Shown: one piece after another, positions 39,417-49,398 of the stretch
How positions within the stretch are numbered: position 1 is the first letter of the stretch
Layout of the letters: every line of letters begins with the position of its first letter
Source of the DNA: Hyphomicrobiales bacterium
GTDB lineage: Bacteria; Pseudomonadota; Alphaproteobacteria; Rhizobiales; Aestuariivirgaceae
DNA length: 64,000 nt
Assembly: GCA_031398425.1 (NCBI GenBank)
Contig: JANNNG010000226.1
Location: 9,270 to 73,269 of the forward strand
Direction: 5' to 3'
Notes under the pieces: model-generated
Seen by the model: only the letters and a program-made list of their open reading frames with translations
The model's database searches: none
What the model was told of the DNA's origin: nothing
Position numbers and translations under genes: made by a program

Positions 39417-39962
39417 TCAGGGGGCCGGAAACGGCTTGGGCACATCAGAGAGAGAAGCCAGATAGGCAATGAGATCAGCCCGCTTCTTGTCATTGCCAAT
39501 GCCGCCAAAGGCCATCTTTGTGCCTGCAGCGTATTTCTTCGGCGCTTTCAGAAAGGCATTGAGATTGTCATAGCTCCACTTTTCGGCCTTCTTGCCCAGC
39601 AGGGCTTCCGAATAGGCAAAGCCTTCATGACCAGCGATGCCGCGATCAACCACGTCGTAAAGCCCAGGCCCGGTCTTGTTGGCGCCACCTTTTTCAAAGA
39701 CATGGCAGGCCGCACAGGCTTTGGCAACGGTGACCCCCTTGGTGGCATCGGCGGAGGCCAGCAGTGCGCCGAGCGAAACAGCTGGACCTGCTTCTGCTGC
39801 ACCCGCTTCCGTTGCTTCCGCCACCTCAATCAGAAAGCCCTGCTTGTCGGCAGCAGGCCGCTCGGCGTGGTAAATACCGTCACTAAGAGCCTGGAGGCCA
39901 AACACCATCAGAAAGGTTGCCAAAACCGCGCCCGCAATCTTGTTGAAAGTCCAGCTGTCCAT
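39417..39962 (-). CDS. cycM: Membrane-anchored cytochrome c (CycM/c550-like)
   Basis: N-terminal TM helix, CAACH heme motif, GTKMAF. Confidence 0.88.
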   Translation of the reverse strand: MDSWTFNKIAGAVLATFLMVFGLQALSDGIYHAERPAADKQGFLIEVAEATEAGAAEAGPAVSLGALLASADATKGVTVAKACAACHVFEKGGANKTGPGLYDVVDRGIAGHEGFAYSEALLGKKAEKWSYDNLNAFLKAPKKYAAGTKMAFGGIGNDKKRADLIAYLASLSDVPKPFPAP

Positions 39963-40073
39963 CGTCGGTCCCGAAAAAACGTTAGTGTCCGAGCGCTAAC
40001 TAATACGTTGCCCCAAAGCCTGCAACTCATATAAAGGTCGCAGAGCATTTTGCCGCCCTGCCTTTCCAAGTCC

Positions 40074-40820
40074 ATGATAGATCACCAGAATACCATCATC
40101 GTCATCCCCGCCCGCATGGCTGCCACCAGGCTGCCAGGAAAGCCCATGGCGGATATCAACGGCATTCCCATGATCGTGCATGTCTGGCGCCGGGCCATCG
40201 AGGCGAAGCTTGGCCACGTATTGGTGGCGGCGGGGGAAAGCGAGATTGCAGCTGCCGTAAAAGCGGCGGGCGGCGATGCCATCATCACCCCCTCGGGTCT
40301 CAGATCAGGCTCGGACCGGGTGGCAGCGGCACTCGCCCTGCGCGATCCCGACCAGCAATTTTCCCACGTGGTGAATATCCAGGGCGACCTTCCGACCATT
40401 GATCCCCTGACCATCAGGCGCTGCCTTGCGGGCCTCACCAACGACATGGTTGATATCTCGACTGCTGCAACCGAGATCCACAGCGACGCAGACCGCGACA
40501 ACCCCCATATCGTCAAAGCCATCGCACCCCTGGGGCAGGACCGCGAGGTCGCATTCGCGCGAGATTTCGTCCGTACACTGACGGACGCACACCAGGCCCC
40601 CCATTGGCATCATATCGGTATCTACGCCTACAAGCGCGCGTCGCTGGAACGCTTTGTCGATCTGCCCCAGTCCCCGCGAGAAAAACAACGTTCTCTCGAA
40701 CAGATGCGCGCCCTCGACAATGGCATGAAAATCGCCGTGGTACAGGTTGACTCATCTCCCCTTGGCGTCGATACGGCGCTCGATCTTGAAACCGCTCGCC
40801 GCCTGCTGAAAGACCTCTGA
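40074..40820 (+). CDS. kdsB: 3-deoxy-manno-octulosonate cytidylyltransferase
   Basis: IPARMAATRLPGKP, SGSDR, NIQGD, HIGIYAY, SLEQMRAL, VDT. Confidence 0.96.
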   Translation: MIDHQNTIIVIPARMAATRLPGKPMADINGIPMIVHVWRRAIEAKLGHVLVAAGESEIAAAVKAAGGDAIITPSGLRSGSDRVAAALALRDPDQQFSHVVNIQGDLPTIDPLTIRRCLAGLTNDMVDISTAATEIHSDADRDNPHIVKAIAPLGQDREVAFARDFVRTLTDAHQAPHWHHIGIYAYKRASLERFVDLPQSPREKQRSLEQMRALDNGMKIAVVQVDSSPLGVDTALDLETARRLLKDL

Positions 40821-40824
40821 TGCC

Positions 40825-41688
40825 ATGACTGCGAAGCCGAAAATTGCCTACCAGGGCGAACCCGGGGCCAATTCCCATATCGCCTGTGTTGAAGCCGAAC
40901 CCGACCATGAACCCATGGCCTGCCCCACCTTCGAGGATGCCTTTCAGGCCGTTGAAACGGGCAAGGCAGCACGCGCCATGATCGCCATTGAAAACACAAC
41001 GGCGGGCCGCGTGGCCGATGTGCATCACCTTTTGCCCGGATCGCACCTCAGCATCATTGGCGAACATTTCCTGCGCATTGAGTTTCATTTGATGGCGGTG
41101 CCTGGTGTGAAACTTGAAAACATCAAGGACGTGCACAGCCACGTTCATGCGCTGGGCCAGTGCCGCAAGTTCATTCGCGAACACAAGCTGAAGCCCGTGG
41201 TCGCCGCTGATACGGCAGGTGCCGCAAGAGAACTTTCAGAAACCCGCACAACAACCCAGGCCGCCATCGCCACCAGACTTGCCGCCGAAACCTACGGCCT
41301 CAAGATTCTTGCCCGCAACATCGAGGACGAAGACCACAACACCACGCGCTTTGTCATCCTGTCGAAAAAACCAAAGCCCAAGACGTCAGCCAAACAGAAG
41401 ATGATCACCAGCTTTGTCTTCCGTGTACGCAATGTTCCCGCCGCACTTTACAAAGCCATGGGCGGCTTTGCCACCAACGGCGTCAACATGACCAAGCTTG
41501 AAAGCTATCAACTCGAAGGCCAGTTCTCCGCCACACAGTTCTATGCCGATATCGAAGGTCACCCCGATGATGCGAATGTAAAGCTGGCACTGGAAGAGTT
41601 GGGCTTCTTCACGTCCTATGTGCGTGTGCTGGGAGCCTATCCCGCCAGCCCCTACCGCGCGGAAATCGCGAAGAAGAAATTGGGGTAA
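40825..41688 (+). CDS. pheA: Prephenate dehydratase
   Basis: YQGEPGANS, IENTTAG, NTTRFV, NMTKLES, ACT domain. Confidence 0.96.
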   Translation: MTAKPKIAYQGEPGANSHIACVEAEPDHEPMACPTFEDAFQAVETGKAARAMIAIENTTAGRVADVHHLLPGSHLSIIGEHFLRIEFHLMAVPGVKLENIKDVHSHVHALGQCRKFIREHKLKPVVAADTAGAARELSETRTTTQAAIATRLAAETYGLKILARNIEDEDHNTTRFVILSKKPKPKTSAKQKMITSFVFRVRNVPAALYKAMGGFATNGVNMTKLESYQLEGQFSATQFYADIEGHPDDANVKLALEELGFFTSYVRVLGAYPASPYRAEIAKKKLG

Positions 41689-41692
41689 ATCC

Positions 41693-42556
41693 CTACCCCC
41701 CAATCCTCGCCAAAGCAGCCTGCACCAAATGCCAGGCAATCGCATCAGGCCGCGAGGCATGCAAACCCGCCGGGTGCGTGCGCTCCAGCATCATCCTGAC
41801 CTCATCGGCCCCAAACCAGCGCGCCGATTCAATTTCACTTTCGTCAATCCTCAACACATCATCCAGCGCTTCACCAATCATGCCGATCATCAGACTTGCG
41901 GGAAACGGCCAGGGCTGTGACGCCACATAGTTGATTTCGCCCACGGTGATGCCAACCTCTTCCTTCACCTCGCGGCGCACCGCGGCTTCCAGCGTTTCGC
42001 CGGGTTCCACAAATCCAGCAAGTGTCGAATACATGTGTTCAGGCCAGGCCTTTTGCCGTCCTAGCAAGGTGCGCTTGCCATGGCACACCGCCATGATCAC
42101 GACGGGGTCAGTGCGAGGAAAATGATCGATGCCGCATCCCGCACAATGGCGGCGATAGCCCGCGTCCAGCATTTCCGAATCAGCACCGCACTTTGCACAA
42201 AAGCCGTGGGTTTCGTGCCAGTGCAAGAGACTGCGGGCCTGGGCGATGATCGAAAGCAAGTCGCGCGGCAACAGCTGCTCAATCATCACTGTACGGATGG
42301 ATTTCAACGAATCACTTAACGGCGCTTTAACAGCAAACCATGGGATGGCCTTGTCATCGACGCCCAGAAACACGGCGTCGTGAAAAGAATTTGGCCGCGA
42401 CACGTCAAGTTTCTCACCGCGAAACAACACGGCATCCCCATGTACTGAAACAAATTGCGTCGCCTGGTTTAGCCTGTGTTTCTCCACCTCGGCGGTTTCG
42501 CTGCGGATCTGGGCCATGCGGTCAAGCGGCGAGTGGGCATAGGCAAAATGCGGCAA
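41693..42556 (-). CDS. nudC: NAD(+) diphosphatase / NADH pyrophosphatase
   Basis: Zinc CxxC pairs, FPRTDP, GFVEPGETLEAAVRREVKEE Nudix box, SQPWPFP. Confidence 0.95.
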   Translation of the reverse strand: MPHFAYAHSPLDRMAQIRSETAEVEKHRLNQATQFVSVHGDAVLFRGEKLDVSRPNSFHDAVFLGVDDKAIPWFAVKAPLSDSLKSIRTVMIEQLLPRDLLSIIAQARSLLHWHETHGFCAKCGADSEMLDAGYRRHCAGCGIDHFPRTDPVVIMAVCHGKRTLLGRQKAWPEHMYSTLAGFVEPGETLEAAVRREVKEEVGITVGEINYVASQPWPFPASLMIGMIGEALDDVLRIDESEIESARWFGADEVRMMLERTHPAGLHASRPDAIAWHLVQAALARIGG

Positions 42557-42610
42557 GAACTTTCTTCTCCCATGCTGCGATGCGATTGAATTCAGCTGTG
42601 GATCAACACC

Positions 42611-42626
42611 TTAACTGAATCTTTAC
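42611..42626. promoter_or_regulatory. CtrA-like box containing a GANTC site, upstream of podJ
   Basis: TTAA-ctgaatc-TTTAC, with a further gttaac at 42634-42639. Confidence 0.5.
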
Positions 42627-42732
42627 CAAAAACGTTAACTTTCGGGCCACGAATTTTGCTGGCGTGGGCCTTTGAACGGCATCCCAGCCCATTGGTTGAA
42701 GGGCCTTTCTGGGGCCTTGGGGAGTGAACGGA

Positions 42733-45700
42733 ATGAAGCCTGGTATGCCCTGGAGTGTCAAAGGCATCGAGCCCGATGTGCGCGAAGCAGCAAAGGTGGC
42801 CGCTCGCCGCTCTGGCATGACCTTGGGCGAATGGTTGAACAGCAAGATTCTCGAAACCGCCGACGATGTTTCAGATTCCTACGCACGCGCCAATCCGGCA
42901 CCAAGCCACGCTCTCGAACGCACAGCCAGTCGCCTTGAGGATATTGCCGAGCAACTCTCCAGGCTGTCGCGCCGCGATTCGGAAACCGCCCAGCGTGTGG
43001 CTGCTCCCGTCGAGCAACGCCTCAGCGATGACAACGCATTTGTGCACAAGATCATCAGCCGTGTTGACGCCAACGAACGCCAGACCGTTGAAGCCTTCAC
43101 CGCCGTCAATGACCGTTTGTCGGTGCTGGGCCGCCAGATCACGCAAGCCGGCAAGTCCCGGACCGAGGAAAGTCCCGGTTACGTGGCGCTTGAAAAAGCC
43201 GTGCGCAACATCGTCGAGCACATGGAAAGCTCGGAAAAGCGCACCCGCGACAATTTCAAGTCCCTGCATGACCGCATGGCCTCGCTGTCGCAGAAAGCCG
43301 CAACTGCACCTTTGGATTCCGTCAGCAAGCAGGCGCCCGCATTTTCGCAACTCGAATCCCGTCTGGCGGATTTGGCAAAACGTGTGGAGCGCAGTGAAAG
43401 CGGTTCCACACAAACCACCTTGCCCGATCTTCTGAAAACCGAACTCACGGAACTCGCCAACCGCATCGACACCGTGCGTGAAACGGCCGAAAACCTCGCC
43501 ACACGAGCACAGACGCAAGCCGTGCAGACCTCGCAGCAGGAACTCCGCGCCATTGAAAGTCGCATCGTCGGCCTCGTCAAGGAAGCCCAGGCATCGCTCT
43601 CGGGATCGGGTGCAGGCCCTGCGGAAATGCAGCGCTTGCGCGGTGAGGTCGAGCGTCTCAATGCCCGCATCGACGAAGCCCACAAGGCGCAAGCCAGTGG
43701 CGGCGACGTGATGGCACTGCGTGCCGCCGTCGAACAACTCTCTACGCGCGTGGCGCAAGGGCCGGATATGCGCCCGCTTGCGGATATGGACCGCCGCATT
43801 CTCGATATCACCCAGCGTCTGGAACAGCAGCAGGCGCAAACCCGCAATTCACCCCAGCTCAGCGAACTCGAACGCCGCATGGCTGAGCTTGATTACAAGC
43901 TCAGCGAAGCCGTGACCGATCGCGCGGGCGTGCAAGGTGCAGAAATCGAAGAGCGGCTCAATGACATCGCGTCCCGTGTGGGCCGCACCGAAGCGCAACT
44001 GGGATCGCTCGAAACCATCGAACGCGCTGTGAACCAGCTTTTCGACAGCATCGAACAGCAGCGCAAATGGACGCAGGACGTGGCCGACGGTGCTGCCCAC
44101 CGCGTGGCCCAGGAAGTCATGTCAGCGGTGCCACAGCCTGTGTCACTTTCAGGCGCACCGGAAATCCAGGCCCTGCATGAGGGCCTGCAGGCCGTGCGCC
44201 AGGCGTCGGAATATGCCGAAGGTCGCAACCAGGAAACCCTGGAAGCCGTGCACGAAACGCTGGAGCAGATTGTCACCAAGCTGGCGGAACTCGAAACCGC
44301 AGCCATCGGTCAACGCGTGGCCCACGCCGCCCATGCTCCGGTCCATGCCCCCGTGATGCCGGAAACGCCAGCCTTCGCACCCGCCTTTGCACAAGCGCCC
44401 GTCTCCCACCCCGATTGGGATCCGCCTGTTGATGAGAAGCCTTCGGATGAAAACCCCTTCGCCGAAGCGAGCGCACCTGCCATTGATCCTCTGCAAGTGC
44501 AGCCAGAACCTCCCCTGTCCAATCCGTTTGACAGCATTGTGCAGCAGTCCCGTGGACTCGATGCAGCACCCCCGCAAGCGGCCATTGGCGATGCTGACGA
44601 CTTCATCGCTGCGGCCCGCCGTGCAGCCCAAGCCTCGGCACAGCCAAGAAGCGTACTTTCCGGCCTATCACCCGGAGCAGCGCGAGCGAGCGAGGAAGCA
44701 TCGAAAAAACTGCTGGGCGGCTTCCTGAAGCGCGGTAAAAAAGCAACGCCGAAGGTCATGCCCGCAGCCGCACTGAACGGCGATCTGCAACACCCCCCGG
44801 GCTTCAAGGCCGCCAACAACAACGACACCCGCAAGCGCAAATACATCATCATGGGCATCGCCCTGTTGGCTGCCGTGTCTGTCTTCACGTTCAACATGCT
44901 GGGCCAGGCCAACAAGTCACCAGGCCCGGCACAGCCCGCCGCCATCGAACAGCAACTGGCCCCCGCTGCTCCTGCACAACCCGAAGCGATTGTACCGGCC
45001 CCTGATGCCTCGAAGGCAAAGCCACCCCAGGCCAAGCCCGCTGAACTTGAAAGCATGCTGCTCCCAGATGACGCGGACCCGCTGCTGACAGGGTCAGTCG
45101 AAAAGCCAGCGCTCGATGCCCTCTCGAACATCGTTTCAGGCAATGCTGCCGCTGATGACACCCTGGCACCTGCTGCCATAGGCTCGCTGCAATTGCGTGA
45201 AGCCGCCGCCATGGGCAATGCGGAAGCCCAGTTCGTGATCGCCACGCGTTATCTCAATGGCGAGAATGGCGTGAAGCAGGATTTCGCCAAGGCCGCCTAC
45301 TGGTATGGCAAATCCGCCGCCGCCGGCAACGCGCCGGGGCAATATCGCCTGGGCACATTGTATGAGCGCGGCAAGGGTGTGGCACGCGACATGAATGCCG
45401 CCCTGGGCTGGTATGAGCGGTCAGCAGCGCTTGGCAACATCAAGGCCATGCACAACGCTGCCGTGCTGTCGGCCAACACCGATCAGAAAAAACCGGACTA
45501 TGCTCGCGCCTTCAAATGGTTTTCGCTGGGTGCAGCGCACGGCCTGAAAGACAGCCAGTTCAATCTCGCAGTGTTGCTCGAGCGTGGTCTTGGCACCAAG
45601 GCCAATGCCAGGGAAGCACTGTTCTGGTATTCCATGGCGGCCAAGCAGAACGACGCCGATGCCAACAAGCGTGCAGGCGTACTTGCCAAGACCCTGTCCT

Positions 45701-45825
45701 CCGCTGATCTTGCGAGCACCGAACGGCGACTACGTGAGTTCAAACCGGAAACCGCCCCCGACGTTGCAAACACGGTCGCGGTGACAGACCCAGCCTGGAA
45801 AGCCGACTCGCCCGACGCATCGTGA
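42733..45825 (+). CDS. podJ: Polar localization factor PodJ-like (coiled coils, TM helix, Sel1 repeats)
   Basis: PWSVKGI...REAAKVAARRSGMTLGEWLN N-terminus, long coiled coil, TM helix (YIIMGIALLAAVSVF), four Sel1 repeats. Confidence 0.9.
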   Translation: MKPGMPWSVKGIEPDVREAAKVAARRSGMTLGEWLNSKILETADDVSDSYARANPAPSHALERTASRLEDIAEQLSRLSRRDSETAQRVAAPVEQRLSDDNAFVHKIISRVDANERQTVEAFTAVNDRLSVLGRQITQAGKSRTEESPGYVALEKAVRNIVEHMESSEKRTRDNFKSLHDRMASLSQKAATAPLDSVSKQAPAFSQLESRLADLAKRVERSESGSTQTTLPDLLKTELTELANRIDTVRETAENLATRAQTQAVQTSQQELRAIESRIVGLVKEAQASLSGSGAGPAEMQRLRGEVERLNARIDEAHKAQASGGDVMALRAAVEQLSTRVAQGPDMRPLADMDRRILDITQRLEQQQAQTRNSPQLSELERRMAELDYKLSEAVTDRAGVQGAEIEERLNDIASRVGRTEAQLGSLETIERAVNQLFDSIEQQRKWTQDVADGAAHRVAQEVMSAVPQPVSLSGAPEIQALHEGLQAVRQASEYAEGRNQETLEAVHETLEQIVTKLAELETAAIGQRVAHAAHAPVHAPVMPETPAFAPAFAQAPVSHPDWDPPVDEKPSDENPFAEASAPAIDPLQVQPEPPLSNPFDSIVQQSRGLDAAPPQAAIGDADDFIAAARRAAQASAQPRSVLSGLSPGAARASEEASKKLLGGFLKRGKKATPKVMPAAALNGDLQHPPGFKAANNNDTRKRKYIIMGIALLAAVSVFTFNMLGQANKSPGPAQPAAIEQQLAPAAPAQPEAIVPAPDASKAKPPQAKPAELESMLLPDDADPLLTGSVEKPALDALSNIVSGNAAADDTLAPAAIGSLQLREAAAMGNAEAQFVIATRYLNGENGVKQDFAKAAYWYGKSAAAGNAPGQYRLGTLYERGKGVARDMNAALGWYERSAALGNIKAMHNAAVLSANTDQKKPDYARAFKWFSLGAAHGLKDSQFNLAVLLERGLGTKANAREALFWYSMAAKQNDADANKRAGVLAKTLSSADLASTERRLREFKPETAPDVANTVAVTDPAWKADSPDAS

Positions 45826-45866
45826 TTGACTTTGCTTGAACGCGTTGTTTGATCAAGCTCTCAAAA

Positions 45867-45976
45867 TTGTCATTGCCGGATTTATTCCGGCAATCCATGG
45901 CACAGCAAGCGTGATTTCAGCTGATAATGCTCTCTCGCACCACGATGGATGACCGGAACAAGTCCGGTCATGACAA
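45867..45976. repeat. Palindromic intergenic element (GTCAT..CCGG..ATCCA / TGGAT..CCGG..ATGAC type)
   Basis: ttgtcattgccggatttattccggcaatccat ... atggatgaccggaacaagtccggtcatgacaa. Confidence 0.88.
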
Positions 45977-46078
45977 ATCTGGAAAGTTCGTCAGTATTAA
46001 AAAGCTCTGCATTTCCCCAACCGGACAGCCGCAGAACATACCTGGCCACGACAGTCGTGACGAAGACTGTGTTGAACC

Positions 46079-46777
46079 CTACCCCAACCGTTTCCACGGA
46101 AAACAGTGCATCGCACTTCGCCCGATCATCCACACCTTCGCCTCGGTTTCATCAAACAACCCGGCGAACGCTGCTGACAGCACGTTGACAGCCCCCGTGT
46201 AACTGCCGAAGGCCGGCAAGATCAACCGCTTCTGGTCACCCACAAAGCACTTAGTGCGGACATGGGAGCCACGCTGTGTGATCGCAGCACCGGGGTGCAG
46301 ATGACCTGAAATTTCCAACTCATGCTTTTTCAGGCGCGCGGGAATGTGTCTGAGCGTGATCGCACCAAACATCATCTCATCCACGCAGGTGCCACCCAAC
46401 GCATCATGCGCCTTGGGATCATGATTGCCGGAAATCCAGATGGTTTCAACCGATGTCGTGATGTGGCGGAGGCGCTCTGCATCCTGCGGCCTGATCGCGT
46501 CATGCGCCGACGCATCATGAAAACTGTCGCCCAGCAAGATCAGCTTGCGTGCACCGGTGTTCGCCAGAACCCGCTCCAGCATGGCCAGCGTCGCTTCGGT
46601 ATCATAGGGCGGAACGTGCAGGCCCCGCCGTGCCAGGCTCGCCCCCTGTTCCAGATGCAAGTCGGCAATCAGCAACAGGCTTGTCTCCGCACAGAACAAT
46701 GCCCCGGACATATCGGGCGTGAAAGCGAGGCCACCCATTGTGATCGCGTGTTGCTTAGACAAGCCGTGTGGCCTCAT
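46079..46777 (-). CDS. pdeM: Ligase-associated DNA damage response endonuclease (metallophosphoesterase)
   Basis: ADLHLE, PPYDT, GDSFHD, GNHD, SGHLHP, LPAFG. Directly downstream of Lhr. Confidence 0.92.
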   Translation of the reverse strand: MRPHGLSKQHAITMGGLAFTPDMSGALFCAETSLLLIADLHLEQGASLARRGLHVPPYDTEATLAMLERVLANTGARKLILLGDSFHDASAHDAIRPQDAERLRHITTSVETIWISGNHDPKAHDALGGTCVDEMMFGAITLRHIPARLKKHELEISGHLHPGAAITQRGSHVRTKCFVGDQKRLILPAFGSYTGAVNVLSAAFAGLFDETEAKVWMIGRSAMHCFPWKRLG

Positions 46778-49226
46778 CGATAAGGGCGTCGGCGGCTTCG
46801 GCGAGAAGGGCATCATGGGCTTCGCCGCTAACTGATTCGCGCGAGATTTCCAACAAAACCGGCACGGCAAGCGGCGACACCCGTTCCAGCGGCTGGTGCA
46901 GGATATGGTTCTTGATGCGCTTCAGCATGGCCCCCAGCCTGTGCACGTCGATCAAACCCTCCGCCGCATCATCCCACGCCGCACGCAGCAGAATGTGATC
47001 AGGCTGATGCGTGCGCAGCGCATCATAGATCAGATCCGTGTTGACCGTCACCTGCCGCGCCGTGCGCTCCTTGCCGGGCATGCGTTTTTCGATGAGACCC
47101 GCAATCAGCGCCACATTGCGGAAGGTGCGCTTCATCAAGTTGGACTCGGCAAGCCACGCTTCCAGATCATCGCCCAGCATGTCTTCATCAAACAGTTTTC
47201 CCAGCGAAATCCGCCCCGTCGCAATCATGTGCGAGAGATCACTGACCATCCAGATCGCAAGGGAATATTCCGTGGCAACAAAGCCCAGGGGCTTCGCCCC
47301 CCAGCGTTCCAGCCTGCGCGTCAACAACATGCCAAGTGTTTGCTGCGCCAGCCGACCTTCAAAAGGATAGCACACGAGATAATGTTTCTCGGCGCGTGGG
47401 AACGTTTCGACCAGCATCTGGTCAGCCCGCGGCAGCACTGAGGCAAAGCGCTGTGTCGAGAGCCAATCCTGCACCTGCGATGGCAAATGTTTCCAGCGCT
47501 CTGGCGACGCAAGGATTTCTCGAACACGCTGTGCCAGAAAGGTAGAGAGCGGAAACCTGCCGCCTTGATAGGACGGAATTTTGGGCTCTGCCCCCGGTGC
47601 CCGCGTCGCCAGCGCACCAAATTCGTCCATGCCCTCAAAACGCAGCACCTGGCCCGAAAACAAAAACGTGTCTCCGATGGTGAGTTGGCTCAAGAACCAC
47701 TCCTCCAATTCGCCAAGCGGGAACCCACCGGTCACCACCCGCTTTCCCGCAACCCGCCGCACCTTGGCCAGCCGCACCTTGAGCAAGCCCTCCTCAACAA
47801 TGGTGCCGATGTTCATGCGCCAATCCTGCGCGATGCGCGGATGCGCGAGACGCCACATGCCATCGGTCTGCAATTTCAGTTTTGCATAGCGCGTGTAGGA
47901 CTTGAGCGCGTAACCTCCCGTGGCGCAGTAGTCGAGAACCTGATCAAATATTTCCCGCGACAAGCGCCGAAAGGTGAAAGCGGAAATCACTTCTGCATAC
48001 AGCGCGTCAGCATGAAACGGCCCTGAACAGGCACAGCCCATGATGTGCTGCGCCAGACAATCCAGTTTCATCACGGAGGGATATTGCGTGTCCTGCGCAT
48101 TTTCCCGCGCGGCCTCGACAGCGGCTTCACATTCCAGCACTTCAAAACGATTGGACGGCACGAGTATGGCATTGCTCGATTCATCAAGCCGATGATTGGC
48201 GCGACCGATGCGTTGCAACAACCGACTGGACCCCTTGGGCGCACCAATATGCACAACAAGATCAACATCACCCCAGTCAATTCCAAGATCAAGCGTTGAG
48301 GTACACACCACTGCCCGCAGACGATTATCCGCCATGGCCTGCTCCACCTTGCGGCGCTGGTTTACATCCAGCGAACCATGATGCAGGGCAATGGGCAAAT
48401 TCGCTTCATTCGCCGTCCACAATTCCTGAAACATCATCTCAGCCTGGGCGCGTGTATTCACAAAAACCAGCGCCATTCGAACTTTCGATATTTCGGCATA
48501 AACATCCTTCACCGCATAGCGCGTCATATGGCCTGCCCACGGCACGCGCTCTTCTGATTCCATCACATGAATGGTGGGTGGCGCACCGGGCTTGCCAACA
48601 ACCAGCGGCACAGGCGGCGATCCCGTCGGTGCCAACCACGCACACAAGGCCTCAGGGTCAGCCACCGTTGCCGACAATCCCACCAATCGCACCTGAGGTG
48701 CCAGCGCCCGTACCCGCGTCAAGGCCAGCGACAGCAACACACCACGCTTGTTGGTGACCAGTGCATGCAACTCATCGATAATGATGCACTTCAAACTGCG
48801 CAGCAGATGTGCTGCCGCAGGATCAGCCATCATCAGCGTCACTTGTTCAGGCGTGGTGATCAGAACATCCGGCGGATGCGTGCGGATGCGCTTGCGTTTG
48901 GAAACCGGCGTGTCCCCCGTTCGGGTTTCGATGGTGATGGGCAAATCCATCTCCATCACTGGCTTTTCAAGGTTGCGCGCAATGTCAACCGCGAGAGCCT
49001 TCAAGGGCGAAATATAAAGCGTGTGAATGCCATCGCTCTCATGTGGCTCAGCCAGTTCATTCAGCGTCGCCATAAACCCCGCAAGCGTCTTGCCACCCCC
49101 CGTGGGCGCAATCAGCAAGGCACTCTCTCCCATCGCACCATGCCCCAGCATGGCCAACTGATGCGTCCGCGGCGTCCAGCCCTTGGCCTGAAACCAGCTG
49201 CCAATCCTGTGATGCAAATCAACCAT
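46755..49226 (-). CDS. lhr: Ligase-associated DEXH-box helicase (Lhr-core)
   Basis: APTGGGKT, YISPLKAL, IIDELH, LSAT, LQRIGRANH, RMNIGTI. Confidence 0.93.
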   Translation of the reverse strand: MVDLHHRIGSWFQAKGWTPRTHQLAMLGHGAMGESALLIAPTGGGKTLAGFMATLNELAEPHESDGIHTLYISPLKALAVDIARNLEKPVMEMDLPITIETRTGDTPVSKRKRIRTHPPDVLITTPEQVTLMMADPAAAHLLRSLKCIIIDELHALVTNKRGVLLSLALTRVRALAPQVRLVGLSATVADPEALCAWLAPTGSPPVPLVVGKPGAPPTIHVMESEERVPWAGHMTRYAVKDVYAEISKVRMALVFVNTRAQAEMMFQELWTANEANLPIALHHGSLDVNQRRKVEQAMADNRLRAVVCTSTLDLGIDWGDVDLVVHIGAPKGSSRLLQRIGRANHRLDESSNAILVPSNRFEVLECEAAVEAARENAQDTQYPSVMKLDCLAQHIMGCACSGPFHADALYAEVISAFTFRRLSREIFDQVLDYCATGGYALKSYTRYAKLKLQTDGMWRLAHPRIAQDWRMNIGTIVEEGLLKVRLAKVRRVAGKRVVTGGFPLGELEEWFLSQLTIGDTFLFSGQVLRFEGMDEFGALATRAPGAEPKIPSYQGGRFPLSTFLAQRVREILASPERWKHLPSQVQDWLSTQRFASVLPRADQMLVETFPRAEKHYLVCYPFEGRLAQQTLGMLLTRRLERWGAKPLGFVATEYSLAIWMVSDLSHMIATGRISLGKLFDEDMLGDDLEAWLAESNLMKRTFRNVALIAGLIEKRMPGKERTARQVTVNTDLIYDALRTHQPDHILLRAAWDDAAEGLIDVHRLGAMLKRIKNHILHQPLERVSPLAVPVLLEISRESVSGEAHDALLAEAADALIDEATRLV

Positions 49227-49287
49227 GTTGCAGTGGACCTTGACGCACAAAGAACAAACGCGCAACGGGAGACATGACAAATCAACG

Positions 49288-49389
49288 CCCTCCTCCCGGC
49301 TTTGCCGTATTCCCCCAACAAGTTGGGGGAGATATCACCACGGATCCTTCCCCAACTCGTTGGGGAAGTGCCCGAAGGGCGATGGGGGC
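49288..49389. repeat. REP-like hairpin cluster between lhr and the MATE gene
   Basis: tcccccaac-aa-gttggggga, ttccccaac-tc-gttggggaa, gccc-gaa-gggc. Confidence 0.8.
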
Positions 49390-49398
49390 CTTGCTTTC

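Noticed and set aside
45882-46133. 83-aa ORF spanning the pdeM end and the palindromic repeat
   Set aside because: It overlaps pdeM and is largely read through a repeat element. There is no RBS or motif.
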